DNA of 64,000 bases from Pseudolabrys sp. (GCA_019635575.1 JAHBZF010000002.1:13144-77143); one strand, 5' to 3'; shown: positions 39,212-49,758, counted from the first letter of the stretch. Numbers and translations: made by a program. The notes: a model not told the origin generated them from the sequence alone.

Positions 39212-39228
39212 TCGCAATGGCCAGACGC

Positions 39229-39258
39229 CCGGTCGCGGCAACACCGCGACCGGCTTTT
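39229..39258 (+). terminator. Rho-independent terminator
   Basis: CCGGTCGCGG-CAACA-CCGCGACCGG-CTTTT. Confidence 0.75.
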
Positions 39259-39304
39259 GCGGCAGCAGCATCGTTCAAAGCTGAAGATCGAATTCTTCAG
39301 GGCC

Positions 39305-40225
39305 TCACGAAATCAGCTTCCGCTCCAGAATTTCCAAGAACGCCAAGGCGTTGGACGGCAATCTCCGGCCGATGCGAACAATGATATGCAGCCGCGCGGC
39401 CGACAGATCCGGATCCTGAATCGGGATCGCGACAAGCCGGCCGGCCTTGATGTGATCGGAGACGCAATCGGCCGGAATGATGGTCGAGCCGACGCCCGAC
39501 AAAACGCAATCCGTCAACGTCTGGATCGACGACGCCGTCACGCCGATATCGAGAACGATCCCTTCGCGCTGCTGGATGGCGCTCAAAATCTCCCGAACGC
39601 GGAAACCTTCCTGCGGCAGAACCAGCTTCTGCCCGACCAACCTCGCCACAGCCAGCGAACGGCGGTTGGCGTAGGGATGGTCCGGCCGGGTGATGAACAG
39701 CAGCGGCTGGTTCGACGTGCTGCGGGTGCGCACGCGGGGGTCCGGCGACGCATCGAGAATGGCGCCGAAATGCACGACGTCCTCATAGACGAGCTGAACG
39801 ACATCGCGTGACGCGATGTTGCGAACCGTCAAGGTCATGCGGGGGAAGCGGCGGTTGAACTCCTGGATCGCGGCGACCAGTGGAATCCGGATCAGCCCCT
39901 GCCCGATCGCGACAACAACATGGCCCGTCCGCAGCCCTTTCAAATCATCGATTTCGGAAAGCAACGTCTCCCGTTGCGCCTGCTGATCACGGTAATAGGC
40001 CAGCACACGCCGGCCTGCTTCCGTCAGTTTGACGACATGACGGTTCTTTTCGACAAGCTCGATCCCGAGCTCCTTCTCCAGCATCGCGATCTGACGGCTG
40101 ATGGTCGAGGGCGCGACATCGAACAGGTCGCTGGCGGCACGCATCGTGCCAAGCCGCGCGGCGTGACTGAGATACAGCAGGCCATCCTCGGCCAGCGTCC
40201 GGATCGGGTCCTTTGACTTGCTCAC
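39305..40225 (-). CDS. LysR family transcriptional regulator
   Basis: GTMRAASDLFDVAPSTISRQIAMLEKELG..L..LTEAG plus a substrate-binding domain. GTG start. Confidence 0.93.
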   Translation of the reverse strand: MSKSKDPIRTLAEDGLLYLSHAARLGTMRAASDLFDVAPSTISRQIAMLEKELGIELVEKNRHVVKLTEAGRRVLAYYRDQQAQRETLLSEIDDLKGLRTGHVVVAIGQGLIRIPLVAAIQEFNRRFPRMTLTVRNIASRDVVQLVYEDVVHFGAILDASPDPRVRTRSTSNQPLLFITRPDHPYANRRSLAVARLVGQKLVLPQEGFRVREILSAIQQREGIVLDIGVTASSIQTLTDCVLSGVGSTIIPADCVSDHIKAGRLVAIPIQDPDLSAARLHIIVRIGRRLPSNALAFLEILERKLIS

Positions 40226-40294
40226 GCCATCTATCCTGCCAGCTCCAGACCATGGTGCAAAAGCGGAATGGCGAAGTCCATATAGGTCCGATGC

Positions 40295-42715
40295 CTAGAC
40301 CGGCCTTTGCCGGGTCGCGCTCACCTGCGCGATGCCGCGCGCCGGCGCTCCCGTCATGACCGCATGGAGATCGCTTGGCGAATAGTGGGACTGATTGAGA
40401 CGCGCGCCAGAAGCCGCCAGTGCATCCTGCAACGCCGATGACAGGGCGAAAATCGGTCCGCCGCCGCCCTCGCCCATGCCCTTGGCGCCGTTATAGGTGA
40501 AGGGTGACGGCGATTCCCGGTTGCCATAGCGGATATTCGGCATGTTCAGCATGGTGATCGGGCAATAGTCGCTGAACGTTGCCGTCAGCAGATTGCCGTT
40601 GGCGTCGTAACGCAGGTTTTCCATCAGCGCCGCGCCGAAACCATGTGCGGCCGCGCCGATCACCTGTCCCTTGACGATCGTGTGGTTCATCACCCGGCCG
40701 CAATCATCGACCGCGGCATAATCCAGCACATGGATATTGTGGGTCAGGGGATCGATCTCGATCACACCGACATGCACCTGCGCGGCATAGGTCAGCGTCA
40801 GGTTACCGTATTTCCGGACCGGATCGGGAAGCTGGAACGGCGCACGATAGACATAGCGGCAGTTCAGCGTGATGTCCTCAAGCTCGGCAGGCAGCCCAGC
40901 CGTCTTGGTATTGATAAGATTGGAAATGTCGGCAAACGAAACGTGGCTCCCACCGTCAGCCGTACCGACTCCGGCAACGCCGCCGAATACGCCCGTGCGC
41001 AACTCGCTGCGCTGTTTCTGCAGCAGCATTGCCGCGACGGTCAGCAACTCGGCGCGCACCTTTTCGACCGCGCCATGGATCGCGCCGACGCTGGTGACGG
41101 CGAACTGGCTGGCATAGGTACCGGAATGGCTGGTGTGCGTGGCCCGCTCCGAGTCGAATCCAGACGCGACACGGACAATATCCTCCGGAACGCCAAGCTC
41201 TTTCGCAACGATCTGCGCCGCCACCGTTTCGTGGCTCTGCCCCTGCGGAACCGAGCCGACGATCACCGTCAGGCTGCCGTCCACGCCAACGCGGACATTG
41301 GCAGCCTCGGAATTGCCCGACAGACCGGACTTCGGATTGACGATGGTCGACTGGCCGAAATTGTTGGTGCCGGAATCCAGCGCCGTGCCGATGCCGATGC
41401 CGACAAGCCTGCCTTCGGCGCGCATGGCGTCGCGCTTCGCGATCCAGCCGTCCCAGCCGATCATCTCCTTGGCCATGGCGAGCATGGCGGCATAATCGCC
41501 GGAATCGTAGACGCAGCCATTCGGCGTCGTCCACGGCATCTCGGGGATATAGTTGCGCCGCCGCATCACATCCGGCGCGATTCCCATCTCGTGCGCGCAG
41601 ATATCGACCACGCGCTCCAGGAACCAGACGTTCTGCATGCGCGAGAAGCCGCGGTTCGGCCCCACCGGACATTTGTTGGTCATGGCCTGACGGAAATTGA
41701 TCCGCAGGTTGCGCAGCCGATAGGACGCCGGCGCCACCTGACTCCAGATCACGCCGCCGAGCGGCTCATAGCGTGGATAGGCACCGCAATCGTCGATATG
41801 CGTTGCGGACACCGCCGTGATTTCGCCATCGGCTTTCAGCGCCACCTTGATATCGAGGAAGGTGCGCTCGTTGCCGTGCGCGCTGCCTTGCAAATGCTCG
41901 CGCCGGTCTTCGATCCACTTGATCGGCCGATGTCCGGCCTTGCGCGAACACAGCGCCGCAATCATCAGATAGGGATAGAGATTCTGCTTGATGCCGAATC
42001 CACCGCCGATGTCCTGCGTCCGCACGCGTAGCTGCTCCGGCGACACGCTGAGCGCCGGGGCCATGAACTTCATGGCGACGCCGGGCTGGATCAGATTGCA
42101 CAGCATGTCGATGCGGCCGCTGGCTTCCCAGGTCACCACGCCGCCATAAGTTTCCAGCGGCGTGCTGGAGAAACGGTGGAATTTGAGGCGATCGATCGTC
42201 ACCACCGTATCAGCGTCCGCGAAGGCCTTATCGACCTCTCCCCATTCGAACAGCGAACCCCAGCTTTCGTTGGTGCCAACCTGCTCGTGCAGCAGCGTCT
42301 CGTTGCGCAACGATTCGACGGCATCGACCACCACCGGAAGCGGCTCGTAGTCGACGCGCACCTTTTCCGCTGCATCGACGGCGAGCGCCACGGATGTGGC
42401 AACCACCGCCGCCACCGGTTCGCCCTGAAACCGCACGCGATCCGGCGCCATGCAATAGTCGATCACCTGATCCGCCGGCGGCGGCGCGATCTGCATGAAA
42501 CGGTTGGTCAGCGCCGCAACTTCGGCACCGGTCAGGGTGCAGATGACCCCCTCGCTGGCCTCGGCCGCGCTGACATCGACCGAACGGATGCGCGCGTGAG
42601 CATAAGGCGAGCGGACCAGCCGCACATGCAGCGCACGTCCGCCTTCATCATCGACGAAACGGCCCCGGCCGCGAACCAGCCGATTGTCTTCCTTGCGGCG
42701 AAATGGAGCGTTCAT
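40295..42715 (-). CDS. Xanthine dehydrogenase family molybdopterin-binding (large) subunit #3
   Basis: RKEDNRLVRGRG, DIGGGFGIK, GPNRGFSRMQ, QGQSHET, AKGMGEGG. Confidence 0.93.
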   Translation of the reverse strand: MNAPFRRKEDNRLVRGRGRFVDDEGGRALHVRLVRSPYAHARIRSVDVSAAEASEGVICTLTGAEVAALTNRFMQIAPPPADQVIDYCMAPDRVRFQGEPVAAVVATSVALAVDAAEKVRVDYEPLPVVVDAVESLRNETLLHEQVGTNESWGSLFEWGEVDKAFADADTVVTIDRLKFHRFSSTPLETYGGVVTWEASGRIDMLCNLIQPGVAMKFMAPALSVSPEQLRVRTQDIGGGFGIKQNLYPYLMIAALCSRKAGHRPIKWIEDRREHLQGSAHGNERTFLDIKVALKADGEITAVSATHIDDCGAYPRYEPLGGVIWSQVAPASYRLRNLRINFRQAMTNKCPVGPNRGFSRMQNVWFLERVVDICAHEMGIAPDVMRRRNYIPEMPWTTPNGCVYDSGDYAAMLAMAKEMIGWDGWIAKRDAMRAEGRLVGIGIGTALDSGTNNFGQSTIVNPKSGLSGNSEAANVRVGVDGSLTVIVGSVPQGQSHETVAAQIVAKELGVPEDIVRVASGFDSERATHTSHSGTYASQFAVTSVGAIHGAVEKVRAELLTVAAMLLQKQRSELRTGVFGGVAGVGTADGGSHVSFADISNLINTKTAGLPAELEDITLNCRYVYRAPFQLPDPVRKYGNLTLTYAAQVHVGVIEIDPLTHNIHVLDYAAVDDCGRVMNHTIVKGQVIGAAAHGFGAALMENLRYDANGNLLTATFSDYCPITMLNMPNIRYGNRESPSPFTYNGAKGMGEGGGGPIFALSSALQDALAASGARLNQSHYSPSDLHAVMTGAPARGIAQVSATRQRPV

Positions 42716-43248
42716 CGTGCCGATCCTGTCGATTTGCCGAACAGGCCGCGCAACGAGGACGTGCCGCGCGATACCAGCGAGGGCGCCGCCGGCTCGGCTT
42801 CACCGCCAAGCTCCATGCGCACCGCCTGCACCAGCGATTTGATCTGTCGCTTCGCCAGCGGCAGAAGGATGCCTTGCGCCAGCGATGCGAGCGTTCCGCT
42901 CACCACGCTCTGTGTCACCCAGACGACGCGAGCACCGGCGCTTCCGTCTTTCGGCGCGACAGAGAACGTCATCCGGGAATCCATCATGCCCAGTGCATGA
43001 CGACCCTTGATCACATAGACGGCCCGAGACGGTGCCTGGCTCTCGACCAGCTCGGCGTCCACATCGGCGCGGCCGCGAATTTGCGGAACGCCGACCTCCA
43101 ATGTCACCGTGAAATGACGCTGGTCCTTGACGTCGAGTCCCTTGAAATACGGGAGCACGGGCGCGAATTTTTCCGGCGTGGTGATGAAGGCAAAGGTCTC
43201 ATCCGCCGACGCCGCGGTATCGAATTCACCATCGAGATCGACATTCAT
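42712..43248 (-). CDS. coxG: CoxG-like SRPBCC family protein
   Basis: SRPBCC pattern (AFITTPEKFAPVLP, VSGTLASLAQGIL) inside a coxMSL-like operon. Confidence 0.8.
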   Translation of the reverse strand: MNVDLDGEFDTAASADETFAFITTPEKFAPVLPYFKGLDVKDQRHFTVTLEVGVPQIRGRADVDAELVESQAPSRAVYVIKGRHALGMMDSRMTFSVAPKDGSAGARVVWVTQSVVSGTLASLAQGILLPLAKRQIKSLVQAVRMELGGEAEPAAPSLVSRGTSSLRGLFGKSTGSAR

Positions 43249-43736
43249 GACCTGCGCTCCTTAATGATGGCGGCGGCCGAGCGGACGGCCTCGATGATCG
43301 GCAGATAGCCGGTGCAGCGGCACACATTCCCGCCCAGACCCTTGCGGATCGCCTTGTCGTCGAGGTCCGGATTCTGTTCGAGCAGACCGGTGGCCGCCAT
43401 CAGAAAGCCCGGAGTGCAAAAGCCGCACTGCAAGGCGTGCTTGTCGGCAAAACACTGCTGCAGGACATTGAGCGTGTCGCCGCTTTCCAGGGATTCCACC
43501 GTGTTCACCGACCAGCCGTCGGCCTGAACCGCCAGCAGCGTGCACGATTTCGCCGGCCGCCCGTTCACCAGAACGGTGCAGGCGCCGCAATAGCTGGTGT
43601 CGCAACCAATATGCGTGCCGGTCTGGCCGGCAACCTCACGGATGAATTCAACCAGCAGCATGCGCGGCTCGACATCGGCGCGCACGATGCTGCCGTTGAG
43701 CGTGATCGACACCGGGATTTTCATGATCTCAGCCAT
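43245..43736 (-). CDS. (2Fe-2S)-binding small subunit (CoxS/CutS-like)
   Basis: GCDTSYCGACT, KSC, QCGFCTPG, CRCTGY. Confidence 0.95.
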   Translation of the reverse strand: MAEIMKIPVSITLNGSIVRADVEPRMLLVEFIREVAGQTGTHIGCDTSYCGACTVLVNGRPAKSCTLLAVQADGWSVNTVESLESGDTLNVLQQCFADKHALQCGFCTPGFLMAATGLLEQNPDLDDKAIRKGLGGNVCRCTGYLPIIEAVRSAAAIIKERRS

Positions 43737-44628
43737 AGTATTGATGCGTCTCCCCAGCAGGCGCTCCCGTACGGCGCGCCTCGACGACATTGAAGGCCCT
43801 TGTCACGAGGCCGGCGGCGAGCGAGCGCTTGTAGGCTTCGCTACCTTTCGCATCGTCGATCGGCTCGACGAAAGTGGAAGCCGCGGCGGCGATGTCAGCG
43901 ATCAAGGCCGGCGTCACCGTTTTGCCGTTGGCGATGTCAGCGGCCGCGTCAAAGGCCAGCGGGGTCAAACCGAGGCAACCGAAGCCAAGGCACAGCGCGG
44001 CGATACGATCGCCGTCATAGTCGATCTGCAAAGCGACGCTGGCGGTCGGATAGGCCGGCGCAGCGCGCTTGAACGCGACGAAGGCACCGATCCCGGCGAG
44101 CGCGGCACGCTCCACCGCGATGCGAGTGATCAATTCGCCAGGAGCCAGATCCGGCGTATAGGCGTCGCGCAGCAAATCGCGCACGCGCAGCGCGCGCGTA
44201 CCGCCCGGACCTTCGATCAGAACGGCGGCATCGAGCGCCACCAGCAACGCAGGCCAGCAACTGCACGGGTCTGCTTCGGCGAGCGATCCGCCGATCGTAC
44301 CCATATTGCGCACTTGCGCATCGGCGATCCCCAGCGCGCAATCGGAGATGATGGGACACAGGTTTTGCGCGCGGAATTCGTTGCCGATATCGGCATGACG
44401 CGCGAGCGCGCCAATCTCGATCACGTCGTCATCGACGACGATATCGCGCGCATCATCGATGCCGCCGAGGTCGACGATCAGTTCCGGCCGCAGCAGCCGC
44501 AGCTTCATCATCGGGATCAAGGTCTGGCCGCCGGCCAGCACCTTTGCCCCATCGCCACCCTGCAACAGCGCGGCGGATGCCTCCGCGAAGCTGGCGGCTT
44601 TCACATAGTCAAATCGGGAGGGATACAT
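43729..44628 (-). CDS. FAD-binding medium subunit (CoxM/CutM-like)
   Basis: MYPSRFDY, LAGGQTLIP, QVRNMGTIGGS. Confidence 0.94.
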   Translation of the reverse strand: MYPSRFDYVKAASFAEASAALLQGGDGAKVLAGGQTLIPMMKLRLLRPELIVDLGGIDDARDIVVDDDVIEIGALARHADIGNEFRAQNLCPIISDCALGIADAQVRNMGTIGGSLAEADPCSCWPALLVALDAAVLIEGPGGTRALRVRDLLRDAYTPDLAPGELITRIAVERAALAGIGAFVAFKRAAPAYPTASVALQIDYDGDRIAALCLGFGCLGLTPLAFDAAADIANGKTVTPALIADIAAAASTFVEPIDDAKGSEAYKRSLAAGLVTRAFNVVEARRTGAPAGETHQYYG

Positions 44629-44647
44629 GATTCATGCTTCGTATTGA

Positions 44648-46102
44648 TCAAACGGCCGCGCGCCGGACATCGACGACCGGAACAAGGCTTCGGTCTTCCG
44701 GAAGGGCGAGCGTGGTGATGTCCGGCTCACGATAGGCGTGCAGCGACTCGACCTGATAGGCGAGATCCTCGCGGAACAGGTCGCCGACGACGCCCTGGAT
44801 CAAGCGCGGCAAACCGAACTTCATGCCGCTGATCGACGACGCCGACAGGCCCATGCTCAACGTTGCGCCGTATGTGAAGTTATGGATGCGCGCGAGAACC
44901 GGAGCTTCGCCCGGCGCCTTCTCCGTGAACTGATATCCCGGCCCGAGATAAGGCGCGGCGCCGAGATAAGGGTCTTCCTCGCCCGGCGCCGGCGTGAACA
45001 CATCGTTCCAGAGCGCGATGGAAGGCGCCAGCGCGGCCAACTCCGGCCGGGTGGCAGGATTGCTCGAAATGCCCGTGCCGCAGATCAGGAAATCGAACCG
45101 CATCGGCCCCTTCGCGGTCTCGACAACCACGTCATCGCCGTCGAGCCGCGCGCCGAGCCAACCGGCTCCGGTTTCGATGCTGAATTGCGGAAAGTTGACG
45201 CAACGCCACAACGTATCCTGCGGCGGCGGCTGACTCATGCCGGTGATGTAACGCATGAACCGCCAGCGCGCTTCGTCGGGCAACGTCCAGTAATGTCCCA
45301 GAAACCCCGATGTCTCCATCCACTTGTGGACGTTGATGCGCGGGAATACGGGTTTGCGCAGGCAGAGCGTCACCTTTGCCGCGCCGTGCTCCAGCGCCGT
45401 CGCCGCATTGTCGAAAGCGGATGCGCCATTGCCGAGCACGCCGATGCGCTGTCCGGCCAGAGCGGCAAAATCGATCTCTTCCCCCGAATGGGCGTAGCGA
45501 CTCTTGGGAAGCGCCTCGGAAATGATTTTCGGGACGGTCCATTCGCCGGAACCATCGAGCCCGGTGCACAGGATCACCTTGCGGGCCAGCAGATGCGCGC
45601 CATCCGCCGTCTGTACGCGCACCCGGTCGCCATCGCCGGCAAAGCCGGTGACGCTCACGCCGTTGCGAACCGGCAGCTCGAGCACCCGGCGATACCAGTC
45701 GAGGTAATCCTGCCACTGCTCGCGTGGCATTCGCACCAGCCGCTGCCAGGCGTCCGCGCCCCATTGCGCCTCGTACCAGGCTTGCGGCGTCAGCGATGGA
45801 TTGCCGAAATCGAGGCCGCTGACCATTTTCGGCGTGCGCAGCGTGATCATCCGCGCAAAGGTCTTCCACGGTCCTTCGCGGCCGGACGCGTTACGGTCCA
45901 GCACGAGGATGTTGGTGACGTTCTCACGGATCAGGCCGTAAGCAGCCGCAAGACCGCTCTGTCCGCCGCCGACGATGACCACGTCATAGACATGCTCGCC
46001 GGCCGTCGCTGCCGGCCGCATCCAGGGGCGTGACGGAAACGACAGGAATTGCCGCTCGCGAGCGATGCGCTGCTCCAGCGCGGCGAGATCGGATGCCGTC
46101 AT
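44648..46102 (-). CDS. hpyO: FAD/NAD(P)-dependent monooxygenase, HpyO (FAD-dependent urate hydroxylase)-like
   Basis: VIVGGGQSG, GREGPW.TFARM.TLRTPK, WYEAQWG, IDFAALAGQRIGVLGNGASAFDNAATALEHGA, PYLG..YQF. Confidence 0.75.
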   Translation of the reverse strand: MTASDLAALEQRIARERQFLSFPSRPWMRPAATAGEHVYDVVIVGGGQSGLAAAYGLIRENVTNILVLDRNASGREGPWKTFARMITLRTPKMVSGLDFGNPSLTPQAWYEAQWGADAWQRLVRMPREQWQDYLDWYRRVLELPVRNGVSVTGFAGDGDRVRVQTADGAHLLARKVILCTGLDGSGEWTVPKIISEALPKSRYAHSGEEIDFAALAGQRIGVLGNGASAFDNAATALEHGAAKVTLCLRKPVFPRINVHKWMETSGFLGHYWTLPDEARWRFMRYITGMSQPPPQDTLWRCVNFPQFSIETGAGWLGARLDGDDVVVETAKGPMRFDFLICGTGISSNPATRPELAALAPSIALWNDVFTPAPGEEDPYLGAAPYLGPGYQFTEKAPGEAPVLARIHNFTYGATLSMGLSASSISGMKFGLPRLIQGVVGDLFREDLAYQVESLHAYREPDITTLALPEDRSLVPVVDVRRAAV

Positions 46103-47655
46103 CGCGGCGCCTCCTGTAACGCTGACCGGCCCTCGGCGGATCGCCCAACGATCGCCGCCAACACGCTCTGCTTGTCCGCCGGATGCTCCGGAAATTCCGC
46201 AACCGCCTGCTGGTCGCGCAGCACGATGATCCGGTCCGACAAACCAATCAGCTCATCGGTATCCGACGACACCAGCAGGATCGCCCTGTTGTCGCGCACC
46301 ACGTTGCCGAGCAGACGATAGATTTCCGCTTTCGCGCCGACATCGACCGCCTTGGTCGGGTCGTTCATCACGTAAACGGTTGCGCCGCGCGCCAGCCATT
46401 TGGCGATGACCACCTTCTGCCGATTCCCTCCAGACAGCGAACGCACCGGCACATCGGGATCGGCCGGACGAATATCCAATTCCTTGATCAGGTCCATCAC
46501 GGCAGCGCGCAACGCACGACGCCGCACGACGCCGGCCGACCTGAACCGCTTGAGGTTCGGCAGCAGGATATTGTCGGCGATGGAAAAGTTCGGAATGAGA
46601 CCTTCCGCCATCGCATCGCCGGGGATCAGGCAGACGCCGGCATCGATAAAAGCGCGGATCGACGCGCGCGACAGATCACGCCCATCGACCGACAGCGCCG
46701 TTCCGGAAAACCGCCGCAGACCGGTCAATTCGGCCAGCGTGCGGTCGACCATCGATCCCACATAGGTCGGGATACCGACGATCTCGCCGCGGCGCAGGCT
46801 CACGTCTTCGAGGGCGGCACCGTCGGCCGATCGGATCATCTTTTGTGCCATCAGCGCCGGCGCACCGGGCGCCACATCCGCTTTCTGATAACCATGGGCC
46901 AGCTCGCGGCCGACGATCATCGCGACCACGCCGGCATAATCGACAGCGGCCCGCGGCAAGGAATCGATCTTGCGCCCGTTGCGCAGAACCGTCACCCGAT
47001 CGGAGATCGCCAGAACTTCATCCAGATTATGCGCGATCAAAACGATTGCCGCGCCCTGCGCTTTCATCCGCCGGACGTGGCGGAACAGCTCATCGCGCTC
47101 CTCGGCACCGAGCGACGCGGTCGGCTCGTCCAGAATCAGAAGCTTGGCGTCACCGTCGAGCGCGCGAGCGATCTCGACAAGCTGCCGTTCCGCCACCGTC
47201 AGATCGCGGACCCAGGCACCGGCTTTGCCCTGCATCCCGAATGACCGCAGCCGTTCTGCCGCCGCCCGCTGCATGCTGCGCCGGTCGACGAGCCCGAACC
47301 GCAACCTGGGCCGACCGAGAAAGATGTTCTCCGCGACCGTCAGCGTATCCACGAGCTGGAATTGCTGATGGACGATGGCGATACCCTGCGTCTTCGCCTG
47401 ATGCGGGCTACCCAGCTCGACCGGCTTGCCATCGATCAGGATGCGACCGCTGTCGGGTCGTTCTTCGCCCGCCAGCAGCCGCATCAGGGTCGATTTGCCG
47501 GCACCGTTCTCGCCGACAATGGCATGCACCTCTCCGCGCCGGATTTCCACCGAGACATCGGACAGCGCCCGGATCGGCCCGTAGCTTCGGCTCAATCCGT
47601 GCGCCGACAGGAACACATCCTGATCCGGCGATGTCATATTCTGCGGAGAGGTCAT
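46099..47655 (-). CDS. Sugar/nucleoside ABC transporter ATP-binding protein (RbsA-like, two NBDs)
   Basis: GENGAGKST, LILDEPT, LSGGNRQKV, NDPTKAVDVGAK. Confidence 0.93.
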   Translation of the reverse strand: MTSPQNMTSPDQDVFLSAHGLSRSYGPIRALSDVSVEIRRGEVHAIVGENGAGKSTLMRLLAGEERPDSGRILIDGKPVELGSPHQAKTQGIAIVHQQFQLVDTLTVAENIFLGRPRLRFGLVDRRSMQRAAAERLRSFGMQGKAGAWVRDLTVAERQLVEIARALDGDAKLLILDEPTASLGAEERDELFRHVRRMKAQGAAIVLIAHNLDEVLAISDRVTVLRNGRKIDSLPRAAVDYAGVVAMIVGRELAHGYQKADVAPGAPALMAQKMIRSADGAALEDVSLRRGEIVGIPTYVGSMVDRTLAELTGLRRFSGTALSVDGRDLSRASIRAFIDAGVCLIPGDAMAEGLIPNFSIADNILLPNLKRFRSAGVVRRRALRAAVMDLIKELDIRPADPDVPVRSLSGGNRQKVVIAKWLARGATVYVMNDPTKAVDVGAKAEIYRLLGNVVRDNRAILLVSSDTDELIGLSDRIIVLRDQQAVAEFPEHPADKQSVLAAIVGRSAEGRSALQEAPR

Positions 47656-47661
47656 CGGTGC

Positions 47662-48621
47662 TTACTTCTTCACGCCGAGCCGTTCGCGCAGCGGCGGCGG
47701 GATCAGATCAAACGCATCCGCCTGCCCGACCATGCGATACTGGAAGGTGACGAACGGCTCCGGCTCCTTCTTGTTCTGCAGATAGTCGGCAACGGTCAGC
47801 GCCGCCGTGCGGCCCCAGCCGATGGGATCGAGCAGCACGGTCGCCGCCATCTCGCCTTTGTGGACGGCCGCCAGCGCCGGTGGCGAACCGTTGAGGCCGA
47901 TCACCGCCACCTGTCCTGTCTTGCCAGCCGCTTTCACCGCCTGCGCCGCACCGAGCGCCAGATCGTCGTTCGAGGCGTAGATCGCCACCAGATCGGGATT
48001 CGCGATCAAAGCGTCTTCGCTCAATTTCAAACCGTTCTCGCGGGTCTGCGTCGAGTTCTGCGCGAACGTCACCTTGTATCCGGCCGGCTCGATGACGCTG
48101 CGGAACGCTTTGTCCTGTTCGACCATCACCAGCGCGCCGGCCGGTCCGAGCAGCATCGCGACCTTGCCCGGCTTGGTGTTCTTCACCACCCACTCGCCCT
48201 TGGACTTGCCGATCTCGTCGAAGTGAATGCCGACAAACGTCTTCCAGATGTTGCCGAAACGCTTGTCCAGCGTGCGGGCCACCATGAAAATCGGGATGCC
48301 GGCGTCGTGCGCGCGCTTGACCGCCGAGGCCGGGCCTTCGGTGTCGAGCGGCGACATCAGGATCGCATCGACCTTCTTGGCCGCAAGATCGTTGATGTTG
48401 TTGATCTGCTCGTTGACGTCCGCATTGGCCGACAGAAGCGTCGCCTCGATGCCGCGCTGCTTGAATGTCTCCACGGCGGACTTGCCGAGCAGCACATAGA
48501 ACGGATTCTGCGCCTCCGGCAGCGAGATGCCGACGGTGTAGGTCTTGGTCTGGGCAACGGCGTTGCCGGACATCAGCGCGAGAAGCGCCGCCGAGAAAAG
48601 GAAAGCCAGCTTTTTCGACAT
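47662..48621 (-). CDS. Sugar ABC substrate-binding protein (RbsB-like)
   Basis: Signal peptide, QNPFY, AIYASNDDLALGA. GGGAGA RBS. Confidence 0.9.
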   Translation of the reverse strand: MSKKLAFLFSAALLALMSGNAVAQTKTYTVGISLPEAQNPFYVLLGKSAVETFKQRGIEATLLSANADVNEQINNINDLAAKKVDAILMSPLDTEGPASAVKRAHDAGIPIFMVARTLDKRFGNIWKTFVGIHFDEIGKSKGEWVVKNTKPGKVAMLLGPAGALVMVEQDKAFRSVIEPAGYKVTFAQNSTQTRENGLKLSEDALIANPDLVAIYASNDDLALGAAQAVKAAGKTGQVAVIGLNGSPPALAAVHKGEMAATVLLDPIGWGRTAALTVADYLQNKKEPEPFVTFQYRMVGQADAFDLIPPPLRERLGVKK

Positions 48622-48659
48622 GAAATTCTCCCCTGCCTTCGGATCGTGATGGTGATCGT

Positions 48660-49601
48660 CTATTTTCGTCTGCGAAGAGCTTCGAGCGAGGCGGCCAGAA
48701 CGAGGATTCCGCCGATCGCCACGCCTTTCCAATGCGGATGGACGCCGACGATGTTCAGGCCGTTCCCGAGCGCCGTCAGAAGCAGGATGCCGACCATCGA
48801 CCGCCAGAGACGGCCCTCCCCGCCCGCGAGCGACGCGCCACCGAGAACCACGGCGGCGATGGCCTCGAGTTCATAAAGAAAGCCGGCGGTCGGCTCGCCG
48901 CCGCCAGTCCGCGCGCAAAGCATCAGACCGGCAATGGCCGTCACCGCGCCTGCCAGCGCGTAGGTGACGAAGCGGATGAATTTGACATTGATGCCGGAGA
49001 GTTCGGCGGCCTGCGCGTTTCCGCCGGCGGCGTAGAGCGACACGCCGAACGTCGTGAACCGCAGAACGACAGCGAACACGGCGAAGACGGTGAGCGCGAT
49101 CACGAACAGGAGCGGCACGCCGAGGACGCGCGACGTCCCGAGATCGGTGAACCAGGTGGGGAAATTGTACATCGCGCTGCCGCCCGCGAGAATCAGCGCA
49201 AGACCGCGCGCGATATTCAGCGCACCGAGCGTGACGATCAGCGGCGACACGCCGCAATAACCGACGAAGAAACCGTTGGCGGCACCCACCAGCATCCCCA
49301 TCGCGACGCCCGCGAGCAACGCGATCACGACGCTGTCGGTGTATTCGATGGCCAGGGACGCAGCCACGCCACTCAAAGCCACCACCGCGCCGGCCGACAA
49401 GTCGAAGCCGCCGGTGAAGATCACCAGACTGGCCGCAACGGTCACCACCATCATGATGGAGACCTGATTCATGATGTTGAGCAGATTGGCCGACGACAGA
49501 TAGCGGGAATCAATCGACCAGAACGTCAGGACCATCACCGCGAAGACGGCGGGGACAATCAACGGACCAATATTCGAGGCGAGCGTCGTCGGAAGGCGCA
49601 T
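48660..49601 (-). CDS. Sugar ABC permease (RbsC-like)
   Basis: TGGFDLSAG, IVTLG..IARG, GGNAQAAELSGI, YELEAIAAVVLGGASL.GG.G. Confidence 0.93.
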   Translation of the reverse strand: MRLPTTLASNIGPLIVPAVFAVMVLTFWSIDSRYLSSANLLNIMNQVSIMMVVTVAASLVIFTGGFDLSAGAVVALSGVAASLAIEYTDSVVIALLAGVAMGMLVGAANGFFVGYCGVSPLIVTLGALNIARGLALILAGGSAMYNFPTWFTDLGTSRVLGVPLLFVIALTVFAVFAVVLRFTTFGVSLYAAGGNAQAAELSGINVKFIRFVTYALAGAVTAIAGLMLCARTGGGEPTAGFLYELEAIAAVVLGGASLAGGEGRLWRSMVGILLLTALGNGLNIVGVHPHWKGVAIGGILVLAASLEALRRRK

Positions 49602-49689
49602 GAACTCTCTTTGGCGTCAGCGTGATCATCGTGCGGCACGAAAATCATAGCGATTCCAAAGATGTTGGAATGAGGCTGTTTCGGGAATC

Positions 49690-49710
49690 TTGTTGCGATT
49701 TTCGCAACAA
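49690..49710. promoter_or_regulatory. Palindromic LysR-type box upstream of the 49601->39305 operon
   Basis: TTGTTGCGA-TTT-TCGCAACAA containing T-N11-A (49694-49706). Second inverted repeat ATTCCAA-N5-TTGGAAT at 49653-49671. Confidence 0.6.
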
Positions 49711-49758
49711 GTGAGCGGCCGTCATTGGCACCGCCGGCGCGCTTGGCCCGCCGCCGAT

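Noticed and set aside
46099-47655. Degenerate second Walker A in the RbsA-like ATPase as a sign of pseudogenisation
   Set aside because: A degenerate second NBD is normal for CUT2-family ATPases, and the ORF is intact.
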